A stretch of DNA of 64,000 nt from an uncultured delta proteobacterium (GTDB lineage Bacteria > Desulfobacterota > Binatia > UBA9968): NCBI GenBank assembly GCA_963816145.1, contig CAWFJP010000014.1, forward strand, positions 576,001-640,000, in the 5' to 3' direction. The notes under the pieces were generated by a model that saw only the letters and a program-made list of their open reading frames with translations, was not told the DNA's origin and did not search any database. Below, piece by piece: positions 17,799 to 28,796 of this stretch (its first letter is position 1; every line of letters starts with the position of its first letter). A program made the position numbers and the translations under genes.

Positions 17799-20068
17799 TC
17801 ACGCCTTCTTCTGCATCGCCGCCAGTACCCGCGCCGGTGTGAACGGCGCTTCGCGGAGGCGAACGCCGACGGCGTCGAAGATTGCGTTGGCGATGGCCGC
17901 GGCGATCGGCGCGCTGGATGGCTCGCCGCCGCCAAGGGCCGGCATCTCCGGGCGATTGATCAGAACGATCTCGATATTCGGCACGTCGGGGAATCTTATC
18001 ACTGGATAGCTTTGCCAATCCAACGTGGTGATTCCGGACGAGTCGAACTTGACTTCCTCCATGAGCGCGCGGCTGACGCCCTGAACGATGTTGCCCTCGA
18101 TCTGGTTTTTCAAACCGTCGGGATTGATGATCAAGCCGCAGTCATGGGACAAGACGAAGCGCTTGACGGCGACTTTGCCCGTGGTCTTATCGACTTCCAG
18201 TTCGGCGACGGCGCCGCAAATCGTTTCGGCGCGATTGGAAATCGCCACGCCACGTCCCGTCGCTTTGGAGCCGCCCGATGCCGGCGCGGGCGAAGGCCGC
18301 TCTTGCCAGTTGGCTTGCTTTACCACCGCCATGAGGGCGTCGGCACCGCGCTTGTTCTCGCCGAGATAGCGCATGCGAAACTGCACGGGATCGACTTTCA
18401 AGTCAGCGGCGATCTCGTCGATAAATGATTCGCTGGCGAAGCAGCGCGCAATATCGCCCGGCGCGCGCAGGTAACCGGTGCGCAGTGGCGTTTCGTCGGC
18501 TTGCACCCAGGCAACCATCGGCGCGGCGCATTTTTGATTTTCGAACGTATACATTTCACCGCCGCCCTGGGTGCCATTGGAGGCGCCGTCAGCCGTCGGC
18601 TTCATTCCGATCTGGCGCGACGCCAGCCGGAAGCGCAGTCCGCGGCCGGAAGAGACGGTGAGCGGCAAGCCTCGATCGGCAAAATCCCAGGCGATGATCT
18701 TACCCTCGCGCGTTTACGCCGGCGCGCGCCAAGTCCAACTGCGCCGGTCCTTTGGGCTCCCAACCATGTTCGTCCTGGCGCATCCATTGGACGCGCACCG
18801 GTTTGCCCACAGCGCGCGACATCAACGCGGCGTCCTCGGCGGCATCGTCGGCGTTCATGCGGCCGTAGCTGCCGGACGCTTCGCGATACAGCACGCGAAC
18901 ATTTTTTCCGGAAAGGCCGAGCAAATTCGGCAACCGCGTCGCGCGTCGCAAATGATCCTTGCGTACCGGTGTAAATCGTCGCGCGATCTTTGGTGACATC
19001 GGCCACCGCGCAGGGCGGCCCCATCATGCCATGCAGTTGAAAGGGCCAGCGATAGGTTGCTTCGTAAGTTTTCTTGGCTTGCGCCAGCGCGCTCTCAGGA
19101 TTGCCCTTGTTGACCGTCACCTGATCGCGCAGGCTCTTGGTATTTTTTATGTAGGTAAAAACTTCTTCGTAGCTCGCCGGCATTTTTGTTGCCGGCTGCG
19201 ACCAGGTCACTTTCAAAGCCCGGGCCGCTTTGATCGCGGCCCACTCGGTCGTGCATACCACGCCGACGAAACTGCCTTCCTGGACAACTTTTACCAGGCC
19301 CGGAATATTTTTGACACTGCTTTCGTCGACGCTCGCCGGTTTCGCGGCGATCGTCGGCGGACGAACCACCCGACCGTGCAACATGCCGGGTATCCGCACG
19401 TCATTGGCGTAAGTAAATTCACCGGTAAGCTTGGGCGGCAGATCGATGCGCTTTTGCGAGGTGCCGACGATCTTGTGATCTTTGACATCTTTGGCGCGCA
19501 CTTCCGGCGCGACTTTCATATCCCAGCCGGTGCCGGTGGCGGTGATTTTGACGTTGAACTTTTTGCCGCCTATCAATTGTCCATACGACACGTTCTTTAC
19601 GCCGTCGCTGACCACACCGTCGGCCACGGTCAGTTTTTCGACCGGCACAGTCAAATGCTTGGCGGCTAGTTTTAACAGCTCTTGCCGCGCTGCCGCGGCG
19701 GCTTGGCGCAGCTGCAGTCCGCCCCGTTCGATGGTGCGGCTGCCGGCTGTGGTGCCTTGATTGATCGCTTTGTTGGTATCCAAACCGATCATGTGCACGC
19801 GGTTAAAAGGCACGTCCAATTCTTCGGCGACGATTTGCGCCAGCGCGGTTTCCACGCCGGTGCCGAGGTCGACCTTGCCGCTGAACACCGTGATCGTGCC
19901 GTCCGGTGCCACCGCAAGCCAGGAGTCGAGCTGGGTCGGATCGGCGTCAATGCCGGGGCCAACAGTCGATTGGCTTGATGCCGAGAGCGTGGGCAGCAAG
20001 TTGAAACTGACAATCAATCCGCCAGTGGTCTTGAGAAATTGTCTGCGAGTGATTTCCACAGTTTTCAT
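17799..20068 (-). CDS. Xanthine dehydrogenase/isoquinoline oxidoreductase-family molybdopterin-binding subunit, Tat-exported (frameshifts ~18930 and ~18705)
   Basis: RRQFLK; GKVDLGTGVETALAQIVAEEL; LRAPG; DCGLIINPD..NQIEG; GGGEP..AAAIANAIFDAVGVRLR. Confidence 0.88.
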
Positions 20069-20080
20069 TGTGATCGCTCC

Positions 20081-20546
20081 TTAGGTCAGCTGGCCCGATG
20101 CCCGTTTGACCGCGCGAACAATTCGCAGATGCGTGCCGCAGCGGCACAGGTTGCCGGCCAGAGTTTCTTTGATCTGCGCGTCGTTCGGCCTCGGATTCTT
20201 ATCGAGCAAGGCCTTGGTGGTCATGATCATGCCGTTGATGCAGTAGCCGCATTGGACGGCTTGCTCGTCGACGAAATGCTTGCTGGATCTTGTGCAGCTT
20301 CTTGGTGTTGCCCAAGCCCTCGAGGGTGGTGACGGCTTTGTTCTGCGCAGTGGCGACCGGGGTGACGCAAGACCGGATCGCGACGCCGTCCATGATCACG
20401 GCGCAGGCGCCGCATTGGGCCAGGCCGCAGCCGAACTTGGGGCCGTTGAGTTGTAAATCATTGCGCAGGGCGTAGAGCAGCGGCATTTCGGGGTCGGCGT
20501 CAACGGCATGTGATTTGCCGTTTACGCGCAGGGTCATCTTGGCCAT
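20081..20546 (-). CDS. (2Fe-2S)-binding small subunit, CoxS/IorA-like (frameshift ~20275)
   Basis: KFGCGLAQCGAC..SC; after the shift QCGYCINGMIM...NLCRCGTH. Confidence 0.9.
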
Positions 20547-20611
20547 GGGGCGCTCCAGTGTGAGAGATTACTTCGTCTATAACATGCGAGTTACCCTCTG
20601 TGAATTGTTGC

Positions 20612-21479
20612 TTAACTCTTCGCCAGCGATATGGCGATGGTGCCGGCGACCACGAGAATCGCGCCGATGACGGTCCGGGTGGTGATCTTTTCGACGTCGC
20701 GTAAAAACAGCTTGCTACCGATCACGACCCAGAGCGGCAGGGTGGCAGTTAGCGGGGTGACCATGACCACCGGGCCGAAGCTCAGTGCGTAGAGCACGAG
20801 CAGCAAGCCGAGGGATTCGAGCGAACCGCCGACGATGAAGTAGCCGATGGATTGGCGATGCCAGACCAGTCTGTCCTTGGTCGTGGGCGAGGCGAGAAAG
20901 ATCGCCGTGCAAAGTAATCCGACAACGCCGACGATGGCGCCGAAGTAGATCGGGTCGTCGGAAAACTTCAATGCGTAGCGGCGCAGCGGATAAATCACGC
21001 CGCCGAGAATTGCCGCGAGCAGCGGCGCGATCACATACCACGGGCGAAAATCTGTGACATTTTCCTCGCTGCGCCAGGAGATCAACAGAATGCCGCAGAC
21101 CACCAACAGGGTGCCGAGAGCGATGGGCAACGTGATGCGCTCGCCGAGGAACAGTATCGCTACCGCTGCGCTCCACAGTGGCACCGAGGCGCGGATCGGT
21201 CCGCTGCGCGCGGCGCCGATTTTTTCGATGCCGATATAGGTCAATTGGCGCACGACCATTTGCAGCACGCCGGCGACGATGAAGAGAAGATAGACGAACG
21301 GTGTGGTCGCCGGGATACCGGTGAAGAACAATACGATCGTAAACAAAACCAGCGTCTGCATGAGCAGCGAGACGAAGGTGATCGTGATCGGTGTCGAATA
21401 GCGCATACCGCGCTTCGACAGAATGAAGCTCAAGGCGTAGACGATGGCCGCCGCGACGAGCGATGATTTGGGCGGTCAT
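20612..21479 (-). CDS. EamA/DMT family transporter (frameshift near the 5' end)
   Basis: About 10 hydrophobic segments, AILFLGERIT, LFLRDVEKIT; ATG 21479 is one frame off. Confidence 0.85.
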
Positions 21480-21507
21480 GCAACTCTACTTAGGAATCGG
21501 AGTATTT

Positions 21508-21649
21508 CCCGCAAAGGCGCCAAGGCGCAAAGGTTAGAAAAAGGAAAAATTTGTCATTTCGACCGAAGGGAGAAATCTGTCGTGGATGCTTGCAGTCACT
21601 CCGGATGACGGGCCTTGCCCGTCACCATGCGCCTTCGCGCCTTTGCGGG
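21508..21649. repeat. Type C palindromic element (GCAAAGGCGCCAAGGCGCAAAG) enclosing a REP doublet
   Basis: Arms CCCGCAAAGGCG... / ...CGCCTTTGCGGG; interior TGTCATTTCGACCGAAGGGAGAAATCT...GATGAC. Inverted homolog at 28107. A lone type B arm follows at 21680-21710. Confidence 0.8.
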
Positions 21650-21739
21650 TGGAACATCCGAATCCGCAAACCAACGAGTTCTCTCTGTGCGCTCAGCGTC
21701 TCTGCGGTGAAAGTTCCGACTCTTTGCGCGAAGTCTTTA

Positions 21740-23009
21740 TCACGCGTTCGCTGGTTTGGCTTCTTCCTTGACGAACAACAGGAGGATCATTCCGGCGATG
21801 TAGGTTCCGGCCGCGATATAGAACGCCGGGGTGAAACCGTAGTGCTGCATCACATAGCCGATAATCAAGGTCCAGATCGGGCCGGAGATGAAGCCGACGA
21901 AATAGTAGATCGAAAAAGCCGCGTCGATCAGTTCTTCGCTGGCGTAGTCGCCGATCATCGTCTGGGTCAGCGCGCCGCGCGCTTGGACGAAGGCGCCGTA
22001 GAGCAACAGGTTGGCGTAAAAGAGAATGGTCAAAGACGAATGCTGCACTAGCAAGACCGTCATCACAGCGGACAGCAGCAAGGTGAGCTGCGTGATGCCT
22101 TTGCGCTTGCCGGTGCGGTCGGAGAGCCAGGCGATCAGCATTGGACCGATCAAGCCGGCCGATTGCATGAGCGTCAATATAAAGCCGCCGCTCGACGCAG
22201 TGACGTCAAATTTCTGCATGAAGAAGGGCACCAGGTAAGTCATGTTGACGCCGGTGCCGCGACCCGCCGCGCCGGCCATCAGCACCAACGAGGTAAACAG
22301 GATGTTGCGGTTCTTCAAGCATTGAAGATAGGCGTCGAAGCCGGCTTTGGCTTTTTTCCTGCCGCCGGCGATTTCATTGGCGCCGCCGGCATGGTCGCGC
22401 ACGGCGAACAGCGTGAGCCCCATGATCAAGCTGAGGGCGCCGAACAGGACAAAAGCGCTGCGCCAATCCATATAAAGCAGGGCGAAGGATGCCGCTGCCG
22501 GCCCGATGAAAGATCCGAGATTGCCCGCCGAATGATGAAACGTCAGCGCCCAGCCGCGTGATTGCGGGTAGTAGCGCGACAAGATGCTCGACCCGAGGGG
22601 ATGCTGCGGACTGGAGCCGGCATCGATGGCGACGCGGGCGACGACCAGTTGCGGATAGCTGCCGATGAAATACTGCGACATGGCGGTGATGCCGACGACG
22701 ACATTGCCGAGGGCGAGCATGGTACTGCGTTTGAAGAAGTTCGCCAGAAAGCCGTAGATCACCTGCAGTCCTTGGCCGACGAAACTCGACAAGGCTGAAA
22801 TGAAGCCCAAGCCGACCAAGCCGAAGCCGAGTTCGGTCATCATCACCGGAAAAATTACCGACGTGATGCTGTATTGAAGATGATTCAAGACATGGCAGCT
22901 GCTGATCAAACCGAGGGCGACTCGCTTCTGGTGAATCGTCGCTTCCAGCGTGGCTGTCGCGGCGCCGGCCGCGACTGGTTGCTTCGACGGTGGTGGATGA
23001 GTCGCTCAT
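21740..23009 (-). CDS. MFS transporter (FsR-like; frameshift ~22975)
   Basis: CHVLNH, QHPLGSS, GNLGSFIGP, WLSDRTGKRK; ATG 23009 is one frame off. Confidence 0.85.
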
Positions 23010-23072
23010 GTTCGATCGTCTATCTGACGTTTGTCGGATCAGATTGGGTTTACAGTCAAGAGGCGCCGGCTG

Positions 23073-24623
23073 TCAAATCGATTTGCCATTTTGTCCGGAG
23101 CTCTCGCCGGTAGATTCGCGCGCCATAAAAAAGCTTGCGCCGACGGCCAGTAGCATGAGCACCAAACCGGTGAGGAAGGCGCACCACAAGGCATCGCCGA
23201 GGCTTGCGGTCAAGCTCGGCAAAAGCTCCGCGGGGATCTGCGCGCGCGTGACGGGCTCGAGCAGATTCTGCGGATTGGCGAGCTTGTTCCAGAGAGTTTC
23301 GTCCACTTGCGCATGGGCGGCGCGTAGTTGGCTAAGCGTTTGTTGCATGCGTGCGAGCATCACCGTGCCCATCAGGCTCACCGCAAAGGCGCTGCCGAAG
23401 GTGCGGAACAGCATGATCGTCGAAGTGGCGACGCCGATGCGTTGCGGCGCCACCGCGCTCTGCGCCGCGACCAGGGTCGTCAGATTGGCCATGCCCATCC
23501 CTAGACCGATGGCGCTCGCGCTGGCAATTGCCGCGGCGACGCCGTTGCCGAACAGCGGCGCGACAAACAGCAGATAGCCGAGGCTCAGCAACGCCGCACC
23601 CAGACCGGCGACCGCGCGATAACCGATAGTGTTGATCCAGCGGCCGGCGACTAAGCTGCCGACCGTCCAGAAACTGCTGAGCACCAGTATCACCAGACCG
23701 GCACGCGAAGCGGCGAAGCCAAGTACCCCCTGCAGATAAAGCGGAAGGTAGCTGATCGCGCCAAATACGCCCATGGCGCTAAGCGTCGCGACCACCGTGG
23801 AGGCCTTGTAGAGGCCGCTGGCGAACAAGTCGAGCGGCAGGAGCGGCTCGGCTGCGCGCCGCTCGATGAAATAGAAAATCATCAGGACGAGCACACCGGC
23901 GCCGATGAAGCCGGCGGTTTCGCCGGTGATCGCCCGATGGGCGTGGGCGCTTTGCGCGAGGGCGTAGAAAATGAGCAGCAGGCCGATCAGCAAAGCCGCC
24001 GCGCCCATGAGATCGAGTTTGGTCCGGCGGCGCTCGCTCGGCTTCTCTTTGAGTCCGATGACTATGAGAGCGGTGGCGATGGCGATCAGCGGCAAGTTGA
24101 CGAAAAAGATCCAGCGCCAACTGGTGTGTTCGACGATGACGCCGCCGGCAAGCGGACCGAGGACCGATGCCACGCCCCAGAGGCCGCTGATCAAGCCCTG
24201 CATCTTGGCGCGTTGGTCGGCGGGAAAGATGACGCCGATGACGATAAACGACAGCGCGTAAATCGCGCCGCCGCCGAGTCCTTGGACGGCGCGGAAAACG
24301 ATCATCGCTTCCATGCTCTGGGCCGCGCCGCACAGGGTCGAGCCGATGAGAAAAATCGCGATGCCGATAAGCATCAAGCGGCGCTTGCTGTATAGGTCGG
24401 CGAGTTTGCCGAAGACCGGCGTGGTCAGCGCCGAGGTCAGCATGTAGATCGAAAACACCCAGCTATAGAGGTCCAAACCGCCTAATCTGGCGACGATGGT
24501 CGGCATCGACGTGCTGACGATGGTGGCGTCGATGGCGAAAAGAAAAATCACCACCATGACGCCGACGGCGGCGAAATTGCGATTCGAGTTGTCTATTTGC
24601 TGCTGTATTTGCGCGGATGCCAC
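23073..24623 (-). CDS. DHA2 (EmrB/QacA) family MFS efflux transporter
   Basis: DATIVSTSMP, GKLADLYSKR, FRAVQGLGGG, GPLAGG, WRWIFFVNLP, ERRAAEPLLP. Confidence 0.92.
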   Translation of the reverse strand: MASAQIQQQIDNSNRNFAAVGVMVVIFLFAIDATIVSTSMPTIVARLGGLDLYSWVFSIYMLTSALTTPVFGKLADLYSKRRLMLIGIAIFLIGSTLCGAAQSMEAMIVFRAVQGLGGGAIYALSFIVIGVIFPADQRAKMQGLISGLWGVASVLGPLAGGVIVEHTSWRWIFFVNLPLIAIATALIVIGLKEKPSERRRTKLDLMGAAALLIGLLLIFYALAQSAHAHRAITGETAGFIGAGVLVLMIFYFIERRAAEPLLPLDLFASGLYKASTVVATLSAMGVFGAISYLPLYLQGVLGFAASRAGLVILVLSSFWTVGSLVAGRWINTIGYRAVAGLGAALLSLGYLLFVAPLFGNGVAAAIASASAIGLGMGMANLTTLVAAQSAVAPQRIGVATSTIMLFRTFGSAFAVSLMGTVMLARMQQTLSQLRAAHAQVDETLWNKLANPQNLLEPVTRAQIPAELLPSLTASLGDALWCAFLTGLVLMLLAVGASFFMARESTGESSGQNGKSI

Positions 24624-24639
24624 TGGGTTAATGTCCCTT

Positions 24640-24810
24640 TAGGGGTTGGTTGAAATCCCTCGCCCTCAGGCGAAGAGAAGGTTTGTCATGCCGGCGCAGG
24701 CCGGCATCCATCTTTGCCTGTGCTGGAAAACAAAAAAATCTGGATTCCGACCTGCGCCGGAATGACGAATACAAGAGTCGACTTCCAGCCGACAAATTCA
24801 GAAGCCCTCG
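24640..24810. repeat. CGTC-type REP doublet within a possible MITE
   Basis: GTCATGCCGGCGCAGGCCGGCATCCA...TGGATTCCGACCTGCGCCGGAATGAC (24685-24766), with loosely inverted flanks AGGGGTTGGTTGAAAT / AATTCAGAAGCCCTC. Confidence 0.7.
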
Positions 24811-24962
24811 AATTAAAGCAGAGGGTAATTCAGTTTGATTTTGGCTGGAGAGAATTTTGTTTTCTATGAGTTGACCTAGTTCGCTGTGGGAGTCAAGCAA
24901 AGCCGGTGGCTTTTGACTGCTTCATCGGGCAAGAGTAAAACTGCTGTCGCAACGGGCGTGTC

Positions 24963-25047
24963 TGTCCTGCCCGCGCCCGCGGGCATCGAGGCTAATTGTC
25001 GTGCAAAAACATAACGAACTTGGATTCCCGCTTCTCGCGGGAATGCC
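24963..25047. repeat. Degenerate REP doublet
   Basis: GTCCTGCCCGCGCCCGCGGGCATC ... GGATTCCCGCTTCTCGCGGGAATG. Confidence 0.6.
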
Positions 25048-25109
25048 AGAGAATGAGGCAACAGTTTATCGAAATTGTTGAGCCTATATAGTTTGCATCT
25101 GGAGGAGCT

Positions 25110-26114
25110 ATGACAAGCATTCGCATATTGGCAGCGGTGTATCTGTTTGTTGCCATCATTTTTGTTCAAGCAAGCCACGGACAGATTACGCCGCAGCAGA
25201 TCGAGGCGGCCAAGAAGGAAGGCGAGGTGGCGTTTTACGGTGCGTTGCCGGTCACCATCGTCAAGCGCATCAGCGATGCTTTCGAAAAGAAGTACGGCAT
25301 CGCGGTCAAACATTGGCGCGGCGACGCCACCGAGATCGTCAACCGCGTGCTCACCGAGGCGCGCGCCGGCCGGCCGATCTTCGACTCGACGCTCGGCAAC
25401 GAAGCGGTGATGCAGGCGCTCGACGAAAAGGGTATTCTCGGAGTCTTCGATCCGCCGGCGGCTAAAGGTTATCCAAAACAGTTTCGCGATCCCGATATGC
25501 GCATGACCGCTTGGCGTGTCTTGCCCTACGGCATTAACTACAACTATCAGATGGTGAAAGCCGAGGAGGCGCCGAAGTCTTTTGACGAACTATTACAGCC
25601 CAAGTGGAAAGGCAAATTCGGCATTGCCAACCCCGGCATTCACGTGACCACGCTGCAATTTGTTTTGAGCCTCGACAAGCTTTACGGTCCCAAGTGGTTA
25701 AAGTTGGTCGAGGGTTGGGCGAAACAAGAGCCGCGCGTCGGCCGCAGCCTGGCGGATCTGATTCAACCGATGACCAGCGGTGAGATCCCGGTCGCCATCG
25801 GCTACATCAAGGACAAGTTCCAATATCCCGGCCCCATCGAGTATGTGCGCATGCCGAAGTATCTGGCATCGGTGGGATTTATCGCCATCAACAAGCAGGC
25901 GCCCCATGCCAACGCCGCCAAGCTGTTCACCGATTACTTTCTTGGCGCCGAGGCCCAGCGCGTTGTCGGCGAGACCGGCGAATATGTGTTTCACCCCGAG
26001 GTCGAGCACAAATTCAAAAAAGACGTGAAGGACGATCAGATCGTCACCATGAAGCTGCCGACCAATGACGAAATGGAGAACTGGGGCAAAAAGTTTCGCG
26101 AGATGTTCCGGTAG
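25110..26114 (+). CDS. ABC-type extracellular solute-binding protein (Fe3+-like)
   Basis: GGAGG RBS, signal peptide, EAAKKEG, LLQPKWKGK, APHANAAKLF. Confidence 0.88.
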   Translation: MTSIRILAAVYLFVAIIFVQASHGQITPQQIEAAKKEGEVAFYGALPVTIVKRISDAFEKKYGIAVKHWRGDATEIVNRVLTEARAGRPIFDSTLGNEAVMQALDEKGILGVFDPPAAKGYPKQFRDPDMRMTAWRVLPYGINYNYQMVKAEEAPKSFDELLQPKWKGKFGIANPGIHVTTLQFVLSLDKLYGPKWLKLVEGWAKQEPRVGRSLADLIQPMTSGEIPVAIGYIKDKFQYPGPIEYVRMPKYLASVGFIAINKQAPHANAAKLFTDYFLGAEAQRVVGETGEYVFHPEVEHKFKKDVKDDQIVTMKLPTNDEMENWGKKFREMFR

Positions 26115-26150
26115 GACGGTGATAGAGAGTTGAGACAGAGACAGAGATTA

Positions 26151-26219
26151 TCGGATTGGAGTGATGGAGCGTCGGGCGATTGAATCAACATTCCATTACT
26201 CCAATACTCCATCACTCCG
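26151..26219. repeat. Type E palindromic tandem element (GGAGTAAT/GGAGTATT, 8-bp period)
   Basis: TTGGAGTGATGGAG ... TTCCATTACTCCAATACTCCATCACTCC; copy at 28698. Confidence 0.75.
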
Positions 26220-26240
26220 TCGGCTGAACCGAGGTGCGAG

Positions 26241-27032
26241 ATGTTTGAATTGGCCAAAATTCCTTTTACTGAAGTGAAGCGGTTGGCCGACGGCGGCCGG
26301 GCGCTGACGATTCTTCCGGTCGGCGTGGTCGAGGAGCATGGCGCGCATTTGCCGCTGGGTTTGGATTCCTTTGCGGCGGAAGTTTACACCGCATCGGCGG
26401 CACCGCACTTGGAAGCGGCCGGCTATGACGTCGTGGTCGCGCCGACGATCAACTACGGCGTGGCGCGGGCGGCCATCGACTTTCCAGGAACATTATCGCT
26501 GGAGCCGGAGACGTTACGCTCGATGGTCGTCGAAATCGGCCGGTCGCTCGCGCGCCATGGGCTGAACCGTCTCGTCATTCTCAACGGCCATCGCGATCTG
26601 CATCATATGAAAGCGCTCGACGACGCCCGGGCGATTCTCGCCTCAGAGCACGATTTCAAGGTTTTGGTCGTCGGCTTCGCGCACGATCCTGAAATGACCG
26701 CGGCCTGTTACCGTGACGGCGTCAAGCAATTCTACCAAAGCCCGCGGCCGGATCGCGAGGGGCATGGCGGCGAGTCGGAGACTTCGGTGGCGCTGCACAG
26801 TTTTCCCGAGTTGGTGAAGCGGGAAATTATCGGCGAGCTAACGCCCAACTTCGATTACGACGTCGAGGCATTTCGCAATGAAACCAAAGATTATGGCAGC
26901 ATTAGCGATGGCCGCGGCTACTTCGGCTGGCCGCAAGCGGCGACGGCGGAAACTGGCGAAAAATTGGTTGCGATCCGCGGGGCTAATATCGCTAATGTGA
27001 TTTTGAAGGCTTGGGGTAAGCCGGTCTCGTGA
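26241..27032 (+). CDS. Creatininase/creatinine amidohydrolase family protein
   Basis: PVGVVEEHGAHLPLGLD, FPGTLSL, NGH, HGGESETS. Confidence 0.9.
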   Translation: MFELAKIPFTEVKRLADGGRALTILPVGVVEEHGAHLPLGLDSFAAEVYTASAAPHLEAAGYDVVVAPTINYGVARAAIDFPGTLSLEPETLRSMVVEIGRSLARHGLNRLVILNGHRDLHHMKALDDARAILASEHDFKVLVVGFAHDPEMTAACYRDGVKQFYQSPRPDREGHGGESETSVALHSFPELVKREIIGELTPNFDYDVEAFRNETKDYGSISDGRGYFGWPQAATAETGEKLVAIRGANIANVILKAWGKPVS

Positions 27033-27080
27033 TCGTGTTCGATCCGGATAATGATCACGCTCACGAGTCACGAACACGAG
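27027..27080. repeat. 6-bp-period palindromic tandem element between convergent genes
   Basis: TCGTGATCGTGTTCG ... TCACGCTCACGAGTCACGAACACGAG. Confidence 0.65.
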
Positions 27081-27085
27081 TGCTA

Positions 27086-27946
27086 TTACACTTGCGAGAT
27101 CACGATCACGCCCGCCACCACTAAAACCGTTCCGACGATGGTCGCGAAGTTGATCTGTTCGACTTCGCGGAGAAACAGTGCGCCGATCATTAGCGTCCAG
27201 ATCGGCACGGTCGCCGAGATCGGCGAGACGATGTAGACCGGTCCCGAGGCAAATGCCACCAGCATGAACAGCACGGCGAGGGTTTCAAATATCCCTGAGA
27301 GAACCAGCGGCCAAAAGGCGCGGCGGTCCCACACCAGTTTGTCGGGGCAAGCTGGCGACGCGTAGAAAGCGGCAAAGGAGAGTAGCGCAATCGGACCGAC
27401 AAGAGCGGCAAGCAGCAGCGGTTCGTGGGATTGCAGCAGCGCATAGCGCCGCAGCGGATGAACGATGGTCGTCAGCAGCACGGTGGCGATGGGATAAAAA
27501 AGATAGACCCAGCGGAACGAGGGCACGTTACGGTCCATGCGCCACGAAGTCAGGATGATGCCGCCGACCACCAGCAGCGTTCCGGCCATGCCCAAGAGCG
27601 TCAATGGCTCGCCGAGAAAAACGATGCCCGCGATCACGGTGAGAAACGGATACGAATTCCTCAACGTGACTGCCCGCGACGTGCCGATCTTGTGGATGCC
27701 GGTATAGTGAAAATGACGGATGCCGGGCTGGAGCAAGCCGGTGATGGCGATGGCAATTACAGCGCCGGTCGCAACCGGCGGGATGCCGCCGGTGGCAAAT
27801 ACCGCGATCCAGAGGACTACGCTGTGAATCGCCAGCGACACGAAGGTGGCCGTCAGCGGTGTCGTAAATGCAAAGCCGCGCTTGACCGACACATTGGAGC
27901 AGGCGAAGGCGAATGCGGTGAGAAGCGCGAAGAGTTGGGCTTTCAT
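27086..27946 (-). CDS. EamA/DMT family transporter
   Basis: Hydrophobic repeat architecture, GIVFLGEPLT, LFLREVEQIN; paralog of 20612..21479. Confidence 0.88.
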   Translation of the reverse strand: MKAQLFALLTAFAFACSNVSVKRGFAFTTPLTATFVSLAIHSVVLWIAVFATGGIPPVATGAVIAIAITGLLQPGIRHFHYTGIHKIGTSRAVTLRNSYPFLTVIAGIVFLGEPLTLLGMAGTLLVVGGIILTSWRMDRNVPSFRWVYLFYPIATVLLTTIVHPLRRYALLQSHEPLLLAALVGPIALLSFAAFYASPACPDKLVWDRRAFWPLVLSGIFETLAVLFMLVAFASGPVYIVSPISATVPIWTLMIGALFLREVEQINFATIVGTVLVVAGVIVISQV

Positions 27947-28106
27947 GAAGTGCGATCGTGAATGTAAGTCGCGCTAACTTACCTCAGTTCGACTTGCGGG
28001 GAAACGGTTGCAATGAATTCGCGGAGCGATTGCAATTAAGCGCTGAGGCGGAGTAAGAGTTGGCGCATCGCTCAGTGTGGCCCAGTCGCACCCGGAAGCC
28101 GGATTG

Positions 28107-28239
28107 TCTCCCGCAAAGGCGCCAAGGTGCAAAGGTGACGGGCCGATGCCCGTCATCCAGAAGGAAAGCGAGGGATCCAACGGAGATTTCGCCGTCCGAT
28201 CGAAAAGACAAGGATTCCGAACTTGGCGCCTTAGCGAGA
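28107..28239. repeat. Type C plus REP composite element (inverted homolog of 21508..21649)
   Basis: CCCGCAAAGGCGCCAAGGTGCAAAGGTGACGGGC..GCCCGTCATCC...GAGATTTC...TCGAAAAGACA...CTTGGCGCCTTAGCGAGA. Confidence 0.8.
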
Positions 28240-28325
28240 GAAAGAGCCGAATCCGAGACAGGGAAATTTGCTCAAGCCCCAGAAAATTCGAACTATGCTA
28301 AAGCATTAAATTTAAGGAGGTTGCC

Positions 28326-28694
28326 ATGGCTTTTCGAATCAATCATCTTCATCTCAAGACGCCGGATCCCAAGAAGACCGCTGATTTCTACGTCGAGTAT
28401 ACCGGCGCGAAGATCGCCAAGGAGACCACTCGTCCCGACGGCGGCAAGAGCTACCGGCTCGACCTGCATGGAGTGGAACTCAACGTCACGCAGTTCCTCG
28501 AAGACCAGCAACTCGATCAGTTCATGGGTCTCGAACATGTCGCCATCGATACCAATAACTTCGACGGAGAAGTGAACAAAATCAAAGCGGCGGGAATCAA
28601 GATTCTCGAAGAACGCGTCCTGCCGGACGGGCGCAGAGTTTGTTTTTTCGAAGGGCCGCAGGGCGTGCGATTAGAGTTTCTAGAGTGGAAGTGA
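28326..28694 (+). CDS. VOC (glyoxalase/extradiol dioxygenase) family protein
   Basis: INHLHL, GLEHVAI, FFEGPQGVRLE; AAGGAGG RBS. Confidence 0.9.
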   Translation: MAFRINHLHLKTPDPKKTADFYVEYTGAKIAKETTRPDGGKSYRLDLHGVELNVTQFLEDQQLDQFMGLEHVAIDTNNFDGEVNKIKAAGIKILEERVLPDGRRVCFFEGPQGVRLEFLEWK

Positions 28695-28697
28695 GGC

Positions 28698-28794
28698 GGA
28701 GTGGATTGGAGTAATGGCGCGCTTGAATGTTGGAGTAGTACGTCCGGATTCGGAGACCCACCACTTGACCACTCCAGCACTCCATTACTCCAAT
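28698..28794. repeat. Type E palindromic tandem element between convergent genes
   Basis: GGATTGGAGTAATGG...TGTTGGAGT ... ACTCCAGCACTCCATTACTCCAATTC. Confidence 0.75.
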
Positions 28795-28796
28795 TC

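Noticed and set aside
26241-27032. Creatininase-like gene as mycofactocin MftE
   Set aside because: No precursor peptide, radical SAM or other mft genes in the window.
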